Positions 10,579 through 23,285 of a stretch of DNA of 64,000 nt are shown piece after piece. Each line of letters opens with the position of its first letter. Positions within the stretch are counted from its first letter, which is position 1. The notes under the pieces were generated by a model, which worked only from the letters and a program-made list of their open reading frames with translations, had not been told where the DNA came from and ran no database searches. Both the position numbers and the translations under genes were made by a program. The DNA is from Eledone cirrhosa (Eukaryota), in NCBI GenBank assembly GCA_964016885.1, contig CAXHJY010001256.1, positions 34,713 through 98,712 on the forward strand. Reading direction: 5' to 3'.

Positions 10579-13500
10579 TGTCTGTTTTATTAATCTGCTT
10601 GTTGACTGAGAGACCACACACTGGTGTAAATATTCTCAATATTGTGTCTGATGATTTCTGCTTGTCTGCCATTAACAGTCCAATATTCTGTGGCTCAGGC
10701 ATTGCAGCTAAACAAAAAATAAGACTAGAAATATTTGCCTATCATTGGTTTAAAACTGGTTCATTCCTAGTATTAGTCTTTAAATGGGTGGTGGATTAGC
10801 AGTATCAATAGTGTCATACAAAATGCTTTGCAGGTTTTAGTTACAACTTTCTATATTCAAAACCTGCAACAGTCTTGCCTTTCATCCTTCCAGGGGTCCA
10901 ATAAAATAAAGAACCAGTTACGTACTGGAGTTGATGTAATCTTTCTCCAAATTACTGGCCTTGGCTGATGTTAGAATTATTACCTCCATTGTTCATGGTT
11001 GTAATGATAGAAGAAATAAAGAGCTGAATGTTTATTAGTTACATACATCCCCGTTTTCAATTCCAGTCAAGTACTTGGATTAATTGCATCCTCCCTGAAA
11101 ATTTGTGAAAAAGTCATTTGGAGTAGCAATGTATCAAACCTTTTGTTATGTTGATTCTGCTCTACCTGCAACATATGTGGTGAATGGCAGAAATAGTGGA
11201 ACCAAATGTCTTGCAGTATGTATGTAAGTTACATTCTGATACCAAATCCTGCCAGGTCAATTCTTCTGGGTTGATAAAATAAATACTAGTCCTATATCTA
11301 CTCCTTTCCCTACAATTTAAGATTATGTTGCATCTGATATAAGGTTACAATATGGCCATGTTAAGGTTGTGTGACCATACAGATTAAACTACTTCACTTA
11401 CAATGAATAATGCTTGGGGGGCGGGGGGGCATGAATATCATAATTCCTATACCCCTCCCCCCCCATCATTAAAATGTTGGGCTTCATCTCTGTAAAAGAA
11501 GCCCTTAACATCATAGGTGGCAGTGAGTCCAAACTGGTTTGAACCCAGATAGTGCCCATGAGGCAGTAATATTTGCATAATCCTCACCAATATTCTGAAG
11601 TTTCATAAGGTTAATAACTGAGTAGTAATGATGGCATAAACATTTTTAAATTTAGAGTTTTTGCTGTTACAGGTTAAACTATTTTATCGATGCCCAGAAA
11701 GAAGGCAGGCAAAATACCAGTGGTCATTATAATTGACTAATGCACCACTCCAAATGAGGTTTTGGGCTTATATAAAAAAAAATATTGAGTGATGAATGGA
11801 CTATTGTTAAAGCCTTGCAGTGTTTACTTTACAAGTTCAACTTCGTATTCCATCCTTCTGGGGGCAATATAATCCACTGTTCCCTCCTCACCAAATTTCT
11901 CGCCTTGTGCCTATGTTAAAAATCAGTACCAACAGGTTTCCAGTGATATAAGAATGAATTAATGCAAGAAATTACTGGACTTTTAATTAATTGTGCGTGC
12001 GTGTATATATATATAGCAGAACACCATTGTGCTTTGTAGTGTTCATTCAATCTTATTGAGATCAACAACAACAAAAAAAAAAGCACCAGTCCAGTACTGG
12101 AGTTGATTCTTTTAGAAAAGAAATCGGCTGTGTTAAAAAACTTACAGGTCCATATATATATAATATAGGTGTAGATCAGGTGTTAAAACATGGCCAGCTA
12201 CTGATACTGGGTAAACGTAAACCTTCGAGGTTTTGCATTAATGTGTATTTATGTCAGCCAGAGAAAATCCCTCACCCTATGATCTCAAAAAAATAAATAA
12301 ATATGATGCATATATGCTACAATCTGTATTGAATGATAGATGCTTATTTCCTACGACTGTCTTTCAAGGTTTTATTTTCCCACTATTGCTGTGTTGGCAC
12401 TCATGCATTTTATTTTCATATTTACCTGGAATTTTCCTTTTTGAGTTCATGCTGACTACAAAGTGTCAGGGCAAGAAAAATTTGAAGGACTTTGAAATAA
12501 TTACCTATACATTCTATAAATGCATTAACTGTCAGTGGATAATCTCATTTGTATATAGTAAAAACATCTCTAATGAATTTGAAGCAGTTTTGTCAATGTG
12601 GGTCGAAAAAAAAAAAAAAAAAAAGCAATTGTTTTAACATTGTTCAGACACCACTACACCATTAAATAGTTATTCAGTGGCTAGTTTTATTCCACTGATA
12701 GGGGTTTTACTGTTCATTCAAAAGCATTTTTAGTAATAATGTATTCTATTGAAAGTGCAGGTCAAATACACGTGCCAATCCCCCCCCTCTAGCTAAATTA
12801 GAAACTATGATTTAGCTAGCATACTTTTAATGATTATATATAAATAAAAACTGGTGTCTCCCCTCCCTAAGCTGAGTTTGAATAAACACAGCAACATGCT
12901 GCAGGATTACAAAGCTTATTCCAGGTTGTGAAGATTCAGGACTGGGCTTCCAAACATTCTTCTTTAAAATATTCCAAGTAAAGCATTAAATTTATCTAAG
13001 GCACTTTCTTTTGCAGTATTGAATGTTATTTAGCAGTTCTTTAGATGTATAAGCTAGCTTATATTTGGTCAATTATATCTCAGTTTCAAGTAATATCTAA
13101 GCTGAAACTAGCAACTATAAAACCATTATATGAAAATATAGCCTACATGATTGGGTTAAGTTACTTGCAGATCACAAGCAAAACATTCTCCGAAACGTAA
13201 GTTCACAATTGCTTGACAGTGTAAATAAAACCACACAATGTAGTAGTTTCACTTCAAAACAAAGATTATTCCAATGACTTAGAGCAATATTGTGTTACGA
13301 TGTGTTACTACTAAGAGAAAATATTTGAGGTTGTGTTGCAGTGTACTGGACCTCATTTCAATCTTGAGTTAATTCTGGTAAATTGAAATAGCTCTGCTTC
13401 TTTATGTCACTAAGAAATATAATTCTAAGTTTTCCTCCCAAAAGTCTTATTTCTCAACATTCAACCCTGGTAACTAGCTTGAAAATGGATAGCTTCTGGC

Positions 13501-13887
13501 TGCTCTTGAGAGAGAAAGTCTTTAAACTTTATATTACAGTATTAATGAAAAATATTATCAAAATGGCATTTGTAACATCAAATGCCTTTATATAAAATTG
13601 GAAAGTTTTAATTTAAGTAGGAACCCTTTAAAATGTTTCAAAGCAGCAGAGGCAGTTTGCAGCAAAAGGGTTAAATACCTCAGTTATTCAATAGGTTTGA
13701 GGGACATTATAATTGAACAAGTTTTAATCTTTATACTTGGTGTTCACTCATTCACATAAAAGAAAAAAAGAGGCATTTCTTTTACAAGTGGACTATAATT
13801 CAAATAAAGTTGTGTGATGGATTGACAGAACTGGTAGAGTGCCAGAAAATCCCATTGTGATATTTGTTCTGGCTCTTTACATTGAGT

Positions 13888-15719
13888 TTAAATCCTGGCA
13901 TTCTGTCAAAAGATATAGAAGATAGTGCACTATGAACATGTAACCCATGAGTCTTGAGGCAAATAATTATAATTACTTTAGTAGTTTTCAATTGTTTACA
14001 TGTGAAGGTTTACTGTTGTAATGTGGGTTTTGATTCCTAGACTGGGTAGTGCATCATTGCACTGTAAACTTCCAGCTACAGCTGGTACTTCAGTCAACTC
14101 TGCTCGAAATGAATTGGCATCCGATCCAGAGGAGTCTTGTACTCTCAACAGGCCTTGAGACTAAAAAAATAAATAAATAAAACAGTCACTATTATTGTTA
14201 GCTCCATTAAGGAACCAGATTCTTACATGTCTTAAGCATTTTCAGCACTATAAAAAAAAAAAAAAAAAAAAAAAAAAGACCTCACAGGGAAACAATTTAT
14301 ACTACAGCATCTGTACTATATAAACAGCTGTCAACTCTGCATTTTGTTTGCTTTAAATCTTAATTGGTGCCAATTGAGAATTTTAATTTCCAATCAATTC
14401 ACTCCTCTTATATAACTTTTAGAAAGTATAGTTACCATGACAGAATGAAGTGACTTGCCCAAGGGCAGGTGTTTATAGCTCTCCCTTGCAGTATTAGTAT
14501 ATCTATTCACATTGTTTAAAAACTTTCACAAACGGTTTGGGAAAAAAAAAAAATAATAACTTACAGCAAGTCCTAAATCATTGATTTCTTCACATCTAAA
14601 AGATTTCACTTAAAATTTACAATCATAAATCTCAAGGGATAATAGACTTGCTCAATTGTAATCTCTAACTCTTCAAAACTACTATTAATTTATGGAAACA
14701 AAAATAAAACTATTCAATTGAATGTGTGCCTATTTTTTTTTTCTTATATTTTTACACCATTTCACTAGCTAACTTGGATTTGGTAAGGAAAATTGTTCTC
14801 TAAATATAGCAACTATATAATCATGTCTACTATATGTTAACCCTTTCATTACCATATTGCAGATATATAATGTACTTGAATTAATGAAAAATTTGGAGAG
14901 ATTTACTAAAATTAGTTATTTCATTATCAAGATGGTATTTGGATGATAACCTTAAGTTATGATACAAATTATTGAAAAATCTTTAAAGGGTTAATAATTA
15001 AATTGTCTTGGAACCAGTTTAGAAATTCATTTTTTCTTCAGGTTAAAAAATATAATTCATATACATATCCTTATGTTTATATGTAACTTATCAATATGGT
15101 GAAATACTAACTAGGGACACATTCTACATCTGTTTTCCATGTGGACATGGATTGAATGAGTTCCTACACCTGGCTGCACTTTCTAATGCCACCCATTTTG
15201 CAGAGTGTAGTGGGTACATTTTATTTCACAAACACTATCAATTTACATCCCTAATATATTAGTTGATTTGTTAGGAAATAAAATAGAATTCTAGTAATGA
15301 CAAAAGGCAAATATGTTAGTAACTCAAGAAATAAACTATTTTATTTCCTAACAAGTCAACTGTATCCATCACTACTGTAGGTGTCAATTTAAGTCTTCAT
15401 ATTCAGACATTAAATTCTAGAATATTTTAACTATTGGAATAGTAACAGAAGTTGGTTTGTAAAAACTGAATTAGAGTTAAAGTTGAGTGAATGGAAGTGA
15501 AGTATAAAAAAAAAGAAAATATTTTAATATAGGTAAAAAAAGATTTATTTCAAAGCAAAACATTTCAGTTTATTTCACTAGACATTTAAACAATTCAAAA
15601 TACATAAAATCTGAGTTGGTTAAGACAATGTTTCATAACAGATTTTAATACTTTTCAGCCCAACGTAAAACAACACAACCTCATAGCTCTTCTGCGTTTT
15701 TCTAATAATGTTTTATTTG
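13888..15719 (-). CDS. Candidate 3' exons of an unidentified minus-strand gene (xNKTLLEKRRRAMRCEEINDLGLANARI*)
   Basis: Exons 15719-15680, 14595-14565, 13902-13888 with acceptors TTTCTGCAG, TCTTTTAG, TCTTTTGACAG and donors GTTGTG, GTAAGT; phases match; no homolog recognised. Confidence 0.4.
14841..14990. mobile_element. piggyBac-like MITE
   Basis: TTAA-CCCTTT ... AAAGGG-TTAA termini; similar copy 33226-33426. Confidence 0.6.
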
Positions 15720-16283
15720 CTGCAGAAAGATACTATTTCTGGTTTCTTATAATTGTTAGCAATAATACAGCTTAGGTGTTATATGGTCACCCTTTATAAG
15801 AGAAAATCTTTAAAAAAATGTAAGGCAATTGTTTTTAATGTAATTTAATTGTTTATCTTAACTGACAACATTTACAGTGATTTTAGTTGTCAAATGTAAT
15901 TCATGTACACTAAATATTGCACTCATTCCAAAATTTAAAAAATATTATTGTTAATTTTACTGATGTACTATTAACTTGTATATTTACCATGCGGTATTCT
16001 AATTCTATTGTATCTCTCAGTTATTTACCATGCGACCCTCAGTTCCTACCTCACAAACTCCCTCCCCCCACACCACCATAGTCTATTCGACCAATCAAAC
16101 CTAGCATGCCATTTCCACTGCTGCTGCTACTACCTGCCTAACTAACTCTCTCCTCCTCTGGCGCATCCCAACACACCCTGCCATTACCCCACCACCACTG
16201 TTCTTCTAGCCCTCAATTTTCCCACCGTTATGGATGGATGAGCTGAGAATACATTTGAGCAACTCTGAATCAATAGATGAAAT

Positions 16284-17432
16284 ATGAATCTGCGAGCTAC
16301 CAAGCACCCACGTGAAGCGCCAACCCAGAGACCCTCCCCTACGAGTGTCGACAAATGCCCAAAACTCCGAGTTGGTACCATCAATGTAGGCTCAATGAAA
16401 GGAAGAGCAGGAGAAATCGTAGAAATGCTAGAGCGAAAGGAAGTTGATGTATGCTGTGTGCAAGAGACTAGATGGAGAGGAGGGTCTGCTAGAGTCCTTG
16501 TAGGAAAAAGCCAGTGCTACAAATTTTTCTGGGTGGGAAATGACGATGGGATGGGTGGTGTAGGTATACTACTAGCTGACAAGTGGGTAGATAAAGTAAT
16601 CTCAGTGTACAGGGTAAATGCAAGAATCATTAAACTCAGACTAGTCCTGAATAAGACAATTACCACAATAATATCAGCTTACGCACCCCAATCGGGGCTG
16701 CCAGACGAACTTAAGGATAGGTTTTACGAGTCCCTAATACACACTACTGCTCTAACAGACGACAAGGACTTCCTAATCATTGCAGGAGATTTTAACGGAC
16801 ACGTAGGTAAACACTGCGACGGCTTCAATAGAGTACATGGAGGCCATGGAGTTGGCACAAGGAATGAGGAAGGATTCAGACTTCTAGAATTCTGCGACGC
16901 CAATGACATGTCGATATGTAACACAAACTTTAAAAAACCCGACAACCACCTGATCACCTATAGATCAGGGGAGCACTCTAGTCAGTTAGATTTTATCCTC
17001 ATCAGAGGACGTGACAGATGGACGGTCGTAAACACAAAAGCCTTCCCTAGTGAGGAATGTACATCCCAACATAGCTTAGTTGTCAGCGACCTCACGGTCA
17101 GAACTAGACGAGCCCTGAAACAGAGGCCAACCTGGAGAAGAAAGATCTGGAAGCTGAAAGTCCCCTCAACCAGTAACAGATTTAAAGATATTTTACTCAA
17201 CGCCTACGACAGTAAAGAAGAACAGATAGAGACATTTAACGTAGAAGAGAACTGGGAGTTCCTAAAAAATAACTTACTAGAGGCGACGGATGAGGTTTGT
17301 GGCTGGAGTAAGACCTCAAGCAGGAGGAGAGTGACTTGGTGGTGGAACAATAAGGTAGATGAAGCAGTCAAGGCCAAGAGACAGGCATGGAAAGAATGGA
17401 AGAACGGGGGGGGAGCAGGGTACATTACATAG
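16284..17432 (+). CDS. RTE APE-type endonuclease portion (frameshifted from the RT part at a G8 run)
   Basis: GTINVGS, CVQETRW, ISAYAPQ, GDFNGHVG, QLDFIL, SQHSLV motifs. Confidence 0.9.
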   Translation: MNLRATKHPREAPTQRPSPTSVDKCPKLRVGTINVGSMKGRAGEIVEMLERKEVDVCCVQETRWRGGSARVLVGKSQCYKFFWVGNDDGMGGVGILLADKWVDKVISVYRVNARIIKLRLVLNKTITTIISAYAPQSGLPDELKDRFYESLIHTTALTDDKDFLIIAGDFNGHVGKHCDGFNRVHGGHGVGTRNEEGFRLLEFCDANDMSICNTNFKKPDNHLITYRSGEHSSQLDFILIRGRDRWTVVNTKAFPSEECTSQHSLVVSDLTVRTRRALKQRPTWRRKIWKLKVPSTSNRFKDILLNAYDSKEEQIETFNVEENWEFLKNNLLEATDEVCGWSKTSSRRRVTWWWNNKVDEAVKAKRQAWKEWKNGGGAGYIT

Positions 17433-19405
17433 AGACCAAGAGGGAAGCTAGGCGACAAGTATACTTAGCTAGGAGGGAAGCAGAGGATAGAAAATTCAAG
17501 CATGTTTTACAACGCGAGGACCAGAAACAGGAGGTATTCAAGATTGCGAGGCAGTGTGTCAGAGATAGTTGTGATGTCATTGGAGAGAAGTGTATCCGGA
17601 ATGATAAAGGTGAGCTTGCCCTCACAAGTGCTGAGAAGAAAGATGCATGGAAGAGTCATTATGATAGATTACTAAATGAGGAGAATGCATGTGAAGAAGA
17701 GACCCTACCCCAGGTAGACCCTATAGAGGGGCCAGCAGTACAAGTCAGCGGCAGCGTAGTAAGTAAGGCAATCAGAGATATGAAGATGGGGAAGGCAACC
17801 GGTCCATCGGGTATAGCTGCCGAGATGCTGAAGGCATCTGGGTCTGTAGGTCACACTATAACCACACGTATCGTTAACCAGGTAATACTAGAAGGGGCCA
17901 TACCAAAAGATTGGTGCAGTAGCATCATTGTCAACTGCTACAAAGGTAAAGGCGATGCACTAGATAGAGGAAACTATAGAGGTATAAAGTTGATGGACCA
18001 GGTCATGAAAGTAACAGAAAGAGTTATAGCACAGCTGATTAGGGACCGGGTGAATATAGACGAGATGCAATTTGGGTTTGTACCAGGAAGAGGCACCACT
18101 GATGCCCTCTTCCTTGTGAGGCAATTACAGGAAAAGTACCTAGCTAAAAGTAAGCCACTCTACTTGGCATTTGTCGACCTTGAGAAAGCCTTTGACAGAG
18201 TTCCACGTGCAGTAATCTGGTGGGCTCTTAGAAAACTAGGAGTAGATGAATGGCTTGTGAAAGCGGTACAAGCCATGTATAGGGGAGCAGTCAGCAAAGT
18301 TAGGATTAGCAATGAGTATAGCGAGGAATTTAGCGTACAGGTTGGGGTCCACCAGGGCTCTGTTCTTAGCCCTCTCCTGTTCATCATAGTCCTGCAGGCA
18401 ATAACGGAGGAGTTTAAGACCGGATGCCCATGGGAACTCCTATATGCTGATGACCTCGCACTCATAGCTGAATCTATGGTAGAACTAGAGAATAAATTCC
18501 AAACCTGGAAGCAGGGACGAGAGAGAAAGGGCCTCAAAGTCAACATGACAAAGACTAAGGTCCTTGTAAGTAGACGAGAAAACAGAACCCAGATCCCCTC
18601 AGGGAAATGGCCTTGCTCAGTATGTAGGAAAGGTGTAGGTAGGAACTCCATTCTCTGCCCCAAATGCAAACAATGGGTACACAAGAGATGTAGTGGGATC
18701 TCAGGAAGCTTAATTAAGAATGTAGGATTCACATGCAGCAGCTGTGCTGAAACAGCAAGCAAACAGCCACAGGAAACAAGTACCACCAATCTCTGGGAGG
18801 GCCCTGTAGAAACAGTAGACAGCTTCTGCTACCTAGGTGACCGAATTAGCAACGGAGGTGGGTGCTCAGAAAGTACAATAACTAGGGTAAGAACGGGATG
18901 GAAGAAGTTTAGGGAACTACTACCACTGCTAGCTGCAAAAGGCTTCTCCCTCAGAATGAAAGGCAGACTGTATGATGCGTGTATCCGAACAGCAATGTTG
19001 CATGGTAGTGAGACCTGGGCGCTGAAGGTGGAAGACTTACGTAGATTAGAGAGAAACGAAGCCTGCATGCTCCGATGGATGTGTAACAGTAATATACGTG
19101 AACGACAAAGCATAAAGGAATTGAGAGAGAGACTGAGCATAAGAGGAATCAAATGCTGCGTGCAGGAGAGGCGGTTACGCTGGTATGGACATGTGATGCG
19201 TATGAAGGATGACAGCTGCATAAAAAGGTGCAGAGCACTAGAAGTTGATGGAAACCGCGGAGTGGGGAGACCCAAGATGACTTGGGATGAGGTGATAAAA
19301 GCCGACCTTACCCAACTACACCTCTCAAAGACAATGACACACGACCGTGACTTCTGGCGTCACGCAGTAATACAGGGTACCCGACCTCCCATGGGTACAT
19401 GCTGA
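17387..19405 (+). CDS. RTE reverse transcriptase with embedded PHD-type finger
   Basis: NYRGIKL, QFGF, FVDLEKAFD, GVHQGSVLSP, YADD; Cys4-His-Cys3 at 18614-18745. Confidence 0.93.
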   Translation: MERMEERGGSRVHYIETKREARRQVYLARREAEDRKFKHVLQREDQKQEVFKIARQCVRDSCDVIGEKCIRNDKGELALTSAEKKDAWKSHYDRLLNEENACEEETLPQVDPIEGPAVQVSGSVVSKAIRDMKMGKATGPSGIAAEMLKASGSVGHTITTRIVNQVILEGAIPKDWCSSIIVNCYKGKGDALDRGNYRGIKLMDQVMKVTERVIAQLIRDRVNIDEMQFGFVPGRGTTDALFLVRQLQEKYLAKSKPLYLAFVDLEKAFDRVPRAVIWWALRKLGVDEWLVKAVQAMYRGAVSKVRISNEYSEEFSVQVGVHQGSVLSPLLFIIVLQAITEEFKTGCPWELLYADDLALIAESMVELENKFQTWKQGRERKGLKVNMTKTKVLVSRRENRTQIPSGKWPCSVCRKGVGRNSILCPKCKQWVHKRCSGISGSLIKNVGFTCSSCAETASKQPQETSTTNLWEGPVETVDSFCYLGDRISNGGGCSESTITRVRTGWKKFRELLPLLAAKGFSLRMKGRLYDACIRTAMLHGSETWALKVEDLRRLERNEACMLRWMCNSNIRERQSIKELRERLSIRGIKCCVQERRLRWYGHVMRMKDDSCIKRCRALEVDGNRGVGRPKMTWDEVIKADLTQLHLSKTMTHDRDFWRHAVIQGTRPPMGTC

Positions 19406-20744
19406 AGCATATAAACAATATGCCCCCACCGCAAGGTGGTCGCGGAGGTGCCACGGCAAAAAAGCACCCAGCCCACACTGTAAAGTGGACGTGTAGGCAC
19501 CACGAAAAAGCACCCAGCACTCACTGTAAATGAGGTTGGTGTTAGGAAGGGCATCCAGCTGTAGAAATCAAGCCAGATCAGTTCCTGTATGAGCAAGGCA
19601 TGGTCAGCCGACCAGACACTGCCCACAACAGGACAACCCATCTAACCCATGCTAGCGTGGAAGAACGGACGTAAAACGGTGATGATGATGATGATTAACC
19701 AATGCCAAAGAATCAAAGTTTGTCTGAATATTAAAGTGTAATAATTGAATGTTGTAAAACTGACAAATCCATTGAAACAAGGATGGTATAAGATTTAAAA
19801 AATACTGGAGAAATTTTAAGCAGTTCATCTAGCATTTAAACTGACCGTATCTGGCCAGAATTCTCACCTCTTTCTGGTCAAACCAGCTGCTCATACTTAT
19901 GTTAAGTTATTGTTCTCTAAATAATATCAAAATCTCAGATTCAATATTATGTGAGATAAAGTGTTTACTGTGGAAATACAATAGTAAATATTGAGTGTTT
20001 GTTATTCCAGAAAACTACCCAAGTATTTCAGTTGACACCTTATAACATATACTATTGAATGTCTGTTTTTGTGAATTAACCTATCAGATTAGAATGGATC
20101 TCCATCTGTGTGTCAGTTAATAAATGGAACAATCTACTCATGAAATTAACATTTAAGTGGCTGGGCATTCAGCAGAAATGCACCCTTGATATAATTAATT
20201 CTCAGGGAGATTTCAGAGTGGTGCAGTAGGACAAGGCTGGTCATTTGAATTACAGGTACCGTGCATCAGACAAGCTTCCAAACAGCTTCTGTCTACCCAA
20301 TTTCACCAAGGCTATGGTAAATGACTCTTGCAGTACTTAGTCTTACACATTTCTGAAATCATCCATTGTCTAAAATCCTTATATTGACATGACTTGTATG
20401 GAAAAATACTACCAAAGAAGGTTAAGTTCAAGCACATGAACCTGTATACATATATATGGCAATGGCACAGCAAACCTACATATAAATATGGCAATGACAA
20501 AGATCCCAAAGCAACAAAGAGATTCTATGCAATTGCCCAAACACAGAGACATGCCTACTTGACAAATGTTTGGCAAACAACATTGATGCTATACCAATGT
20601 GTGATGTTGTATACAAACAGCTTCAATAGTCGGTGGTAGACACACTTTCAGAAGACTGGATAAGGCCAACCAAACAGGAGCAAGTGGGTGCAAAAGCCTC
20701 AAGTATCTGATCAACCAGTTCCAACTGTCCGACAGGTACTGACT

Positions 20745-21360
20745 AGATTTCCCTAATACACCATTTCAACCTCGACCAACCACACAGGGTCATCTAGATC
20801 ATATATAGATAGGATTCTCATTAATATAATAGATAGGAATAGTGTAGGCTGTCCACTTTTTCAAAGTGTTGTCTATTCAAATTACAAGTTTGTGAACTGT
20901 ATGGTCGACCTAGATAAGACGCGAAGGTTAGGACCTGATTACGAGAAGCTGAACATGTTTCCGGGACATAAAGCTTACAGGTACGAGTAAATTTAGTTAA
21001 GTGAAAGTTGACAGGGGGGGGGGGGGGGGGGTCTCTCAAAAGAGAGTAATTTCGATAGGGTTTAGTGAAGTAGCATTAGAGAAAAATAGAAGAGAGGGGT
21101 AGCTTGTAGCTAAATTAGACGAGGCTATTTGCAGTGGCATTGCAACTGATGTGCTAGTGGCAAGAATGGCATTAGACCATTTCTTCAATGCGAAACATAG
21201 GTTGCATTGACAGAGCTAAGGCACGTGCCATAAGAAACAAGGGAACTAAAGCTTCTGCAATACATCAGAGAGGGTAGGGTGTAAACCTAGCTTCAGTGGG
21301 GCTCTGATCAATTTAAATTAATCGAAAGCCTTCGATAGAGTCGACCATAGATGCTTAATT
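20745..21360 (+). mobile_element. Highly degenerate L1/Tx1-like LINE fragment
   Basis: Remnant motifs GSSRSYIDRIL (about 20790-20820) and ALINLN*SKAFDRVDHR (about 21300-21352). Confidence 0.55.
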
Positions 21361-23285
21361 TAAGTAAGAACTAAGTTTCTTTCCACTTCCTCCCAATACC
21401 AACATTTTGTTTTATATGATACATTCTTTATTTGTAGCAACCTGCCTGATTGCTGCAATAACCCACTCTCCCACCTGTCTAACACCTACTTCCTTATCTG
21501 CCCCCACCCCCCTTCTGGTCATCTATTACCTTCCTATATGCCTCAAACTCATGAGACTGCACAGAGTTGACAGACTCTGCAAGCCGTGGAATAAGGCACA
21601 GATAAAGTTAATTTGAGAAGAGTAATCACTATGAAAGTTTTCTGAATATTGCACCAACAGTCTGCCTACACAAAGCAAGGAACCAACTATATCTGATGCA
21701 TTATTTTCTTAAACATAAGGACACTGAGCCTGGCAAAAACCAAATGCAAGGTAACTGATTCATTCAATGTTTTTTTAAACATGCCTTTGCAACTGAGCAT
21801 GTTCACAAATAGAGGCTTGTGAAGTGGCACTTAAATATAGGGGCCAGCTACAAAATTTTGGCCGACAACCTAACATAAGCAGTTGCTGAACAGCAGAAGC
21901 TATCCAAGATTACAGTGGGTTTGTTGGGGGACCTGCTTCTCTTTAAAATGCTGCAATGTTCTACAACAGGGTCTTGACAAGGCAAGTGCAGACCACCTTA
22001 AATAAACCTGTCAATCTGAGGGGCAGCAACATTAACAGGTTTCATAACAAATCTACATGTAAAAAAGGAATTGGGCACAATATGTATGTATAATTTATTG
22101 CAGGAAATGTATGGGCCATTATCCTCTCCAGTTGCACCTCTTTGCACACAGGATGGCAAAGAATTGCTTAGGGATCAAAAGAACATTCTTGTCAGGTGAT
22201 GCAAATAGTTTGACAGACTTTTGAATAGGCCCTCTGATCTCCATGGGGACATTGTCAACTGTGCATTGTAGGGTGTGCAGGAAAGTGTGCCACAGTTGGT
22301 GGACTGAAATGTCATTTGAAAGTGCACCAAAACAAGATCATAACGTCTACTGAGAGAGGCCTCCATTGTTGCAAGAATGCAAGTCCTAGCAGGACCAAAA
22401 AGCCACATCTGTGCTGCTCATGCTAAGATGTCAAGCGATGGCATTACTCGAAATCAAGTTGCATGCATGTCCAAGAACCTCTATCAAGTAATCGATAGAA
22501 ACAAGTTTCATAAATGAAAGTCCAAAAAGATTACACTGGAAACAGTTCAGAAGAGAGGAAACATCAATAAATTGAACTTGTGCCAATTTCTAAGAAAACA
22601 TTACCGAGTCCTTTAACTGGCATGAATAACACTAAAATATCTGAATTTTGAATTTAAGTACAAAGAAATGTGTATATTAAATATTTATTAAAATAGATGG
22701 ATTATCATGGTCATCACCATTGGTTTTATATGTTTTCCTATGTTAGTATTAAACAGCTATATAATACAGAAGCATTTGTCACAGGTACTGAATTAGTAAA
22801 GTCATCAGAGCCTTGTCAGATTAAAAACTCAGTATTTGTTTTGGCTTTACACTATAGGAACATTATCAAGAGTAATCTGTCATGCTATTCAAAAATAGGA
22901 GGTTGATTGAGGTGTTCATAATGTTCACACCTTTTTCTGAGTAAAGTTTTGGCTGATGTACATTCATCTCCCTAGGTAGCACCTTATCCAGATTTAACGT
23001 ACTTGATGAGGAAGCCAGTTATAGATTTATGATTATTTTCAGTTATAGATGCATATGGAAAGCTTGAGTCAAGGTCTGGTTGAAATCCAACAAAATTACC
23101 AACAAAAGTATAAGGCATGTATCTTGACTCTTGTATGGATGCGAGGCTTGGATGACCTACAGCAGGTATATCCAGCACTTTGAGTGCTTCCATTAGCATT
23201 GCCTACATTCTCTAAAAATTTCAGGGCAATCTAATGTGCCTGATATGAGAGGACAGCAGCTGGCCAATATGATGAGTATTAAATC

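Larger units (their letters stand above)
15976..19693 (+). mobile_element. Full-length RTE-clade LINE (subfamily A)
   Basis: APE endonuclease + RT, structured 3' UTR, (GAT)n tail; possible 6-bp TSD ATTAAC (15970-15975 / 19694-19699), so the 5' limit is tentative. Confidence 0.93.

Noticed and set aside
19441-19470. Resemblance of the 3' UTR pseudoknot to a preQ1-I riboswitch
   Set aside because: Topology only; ligand-binding consensus absent and context is an animal LINE
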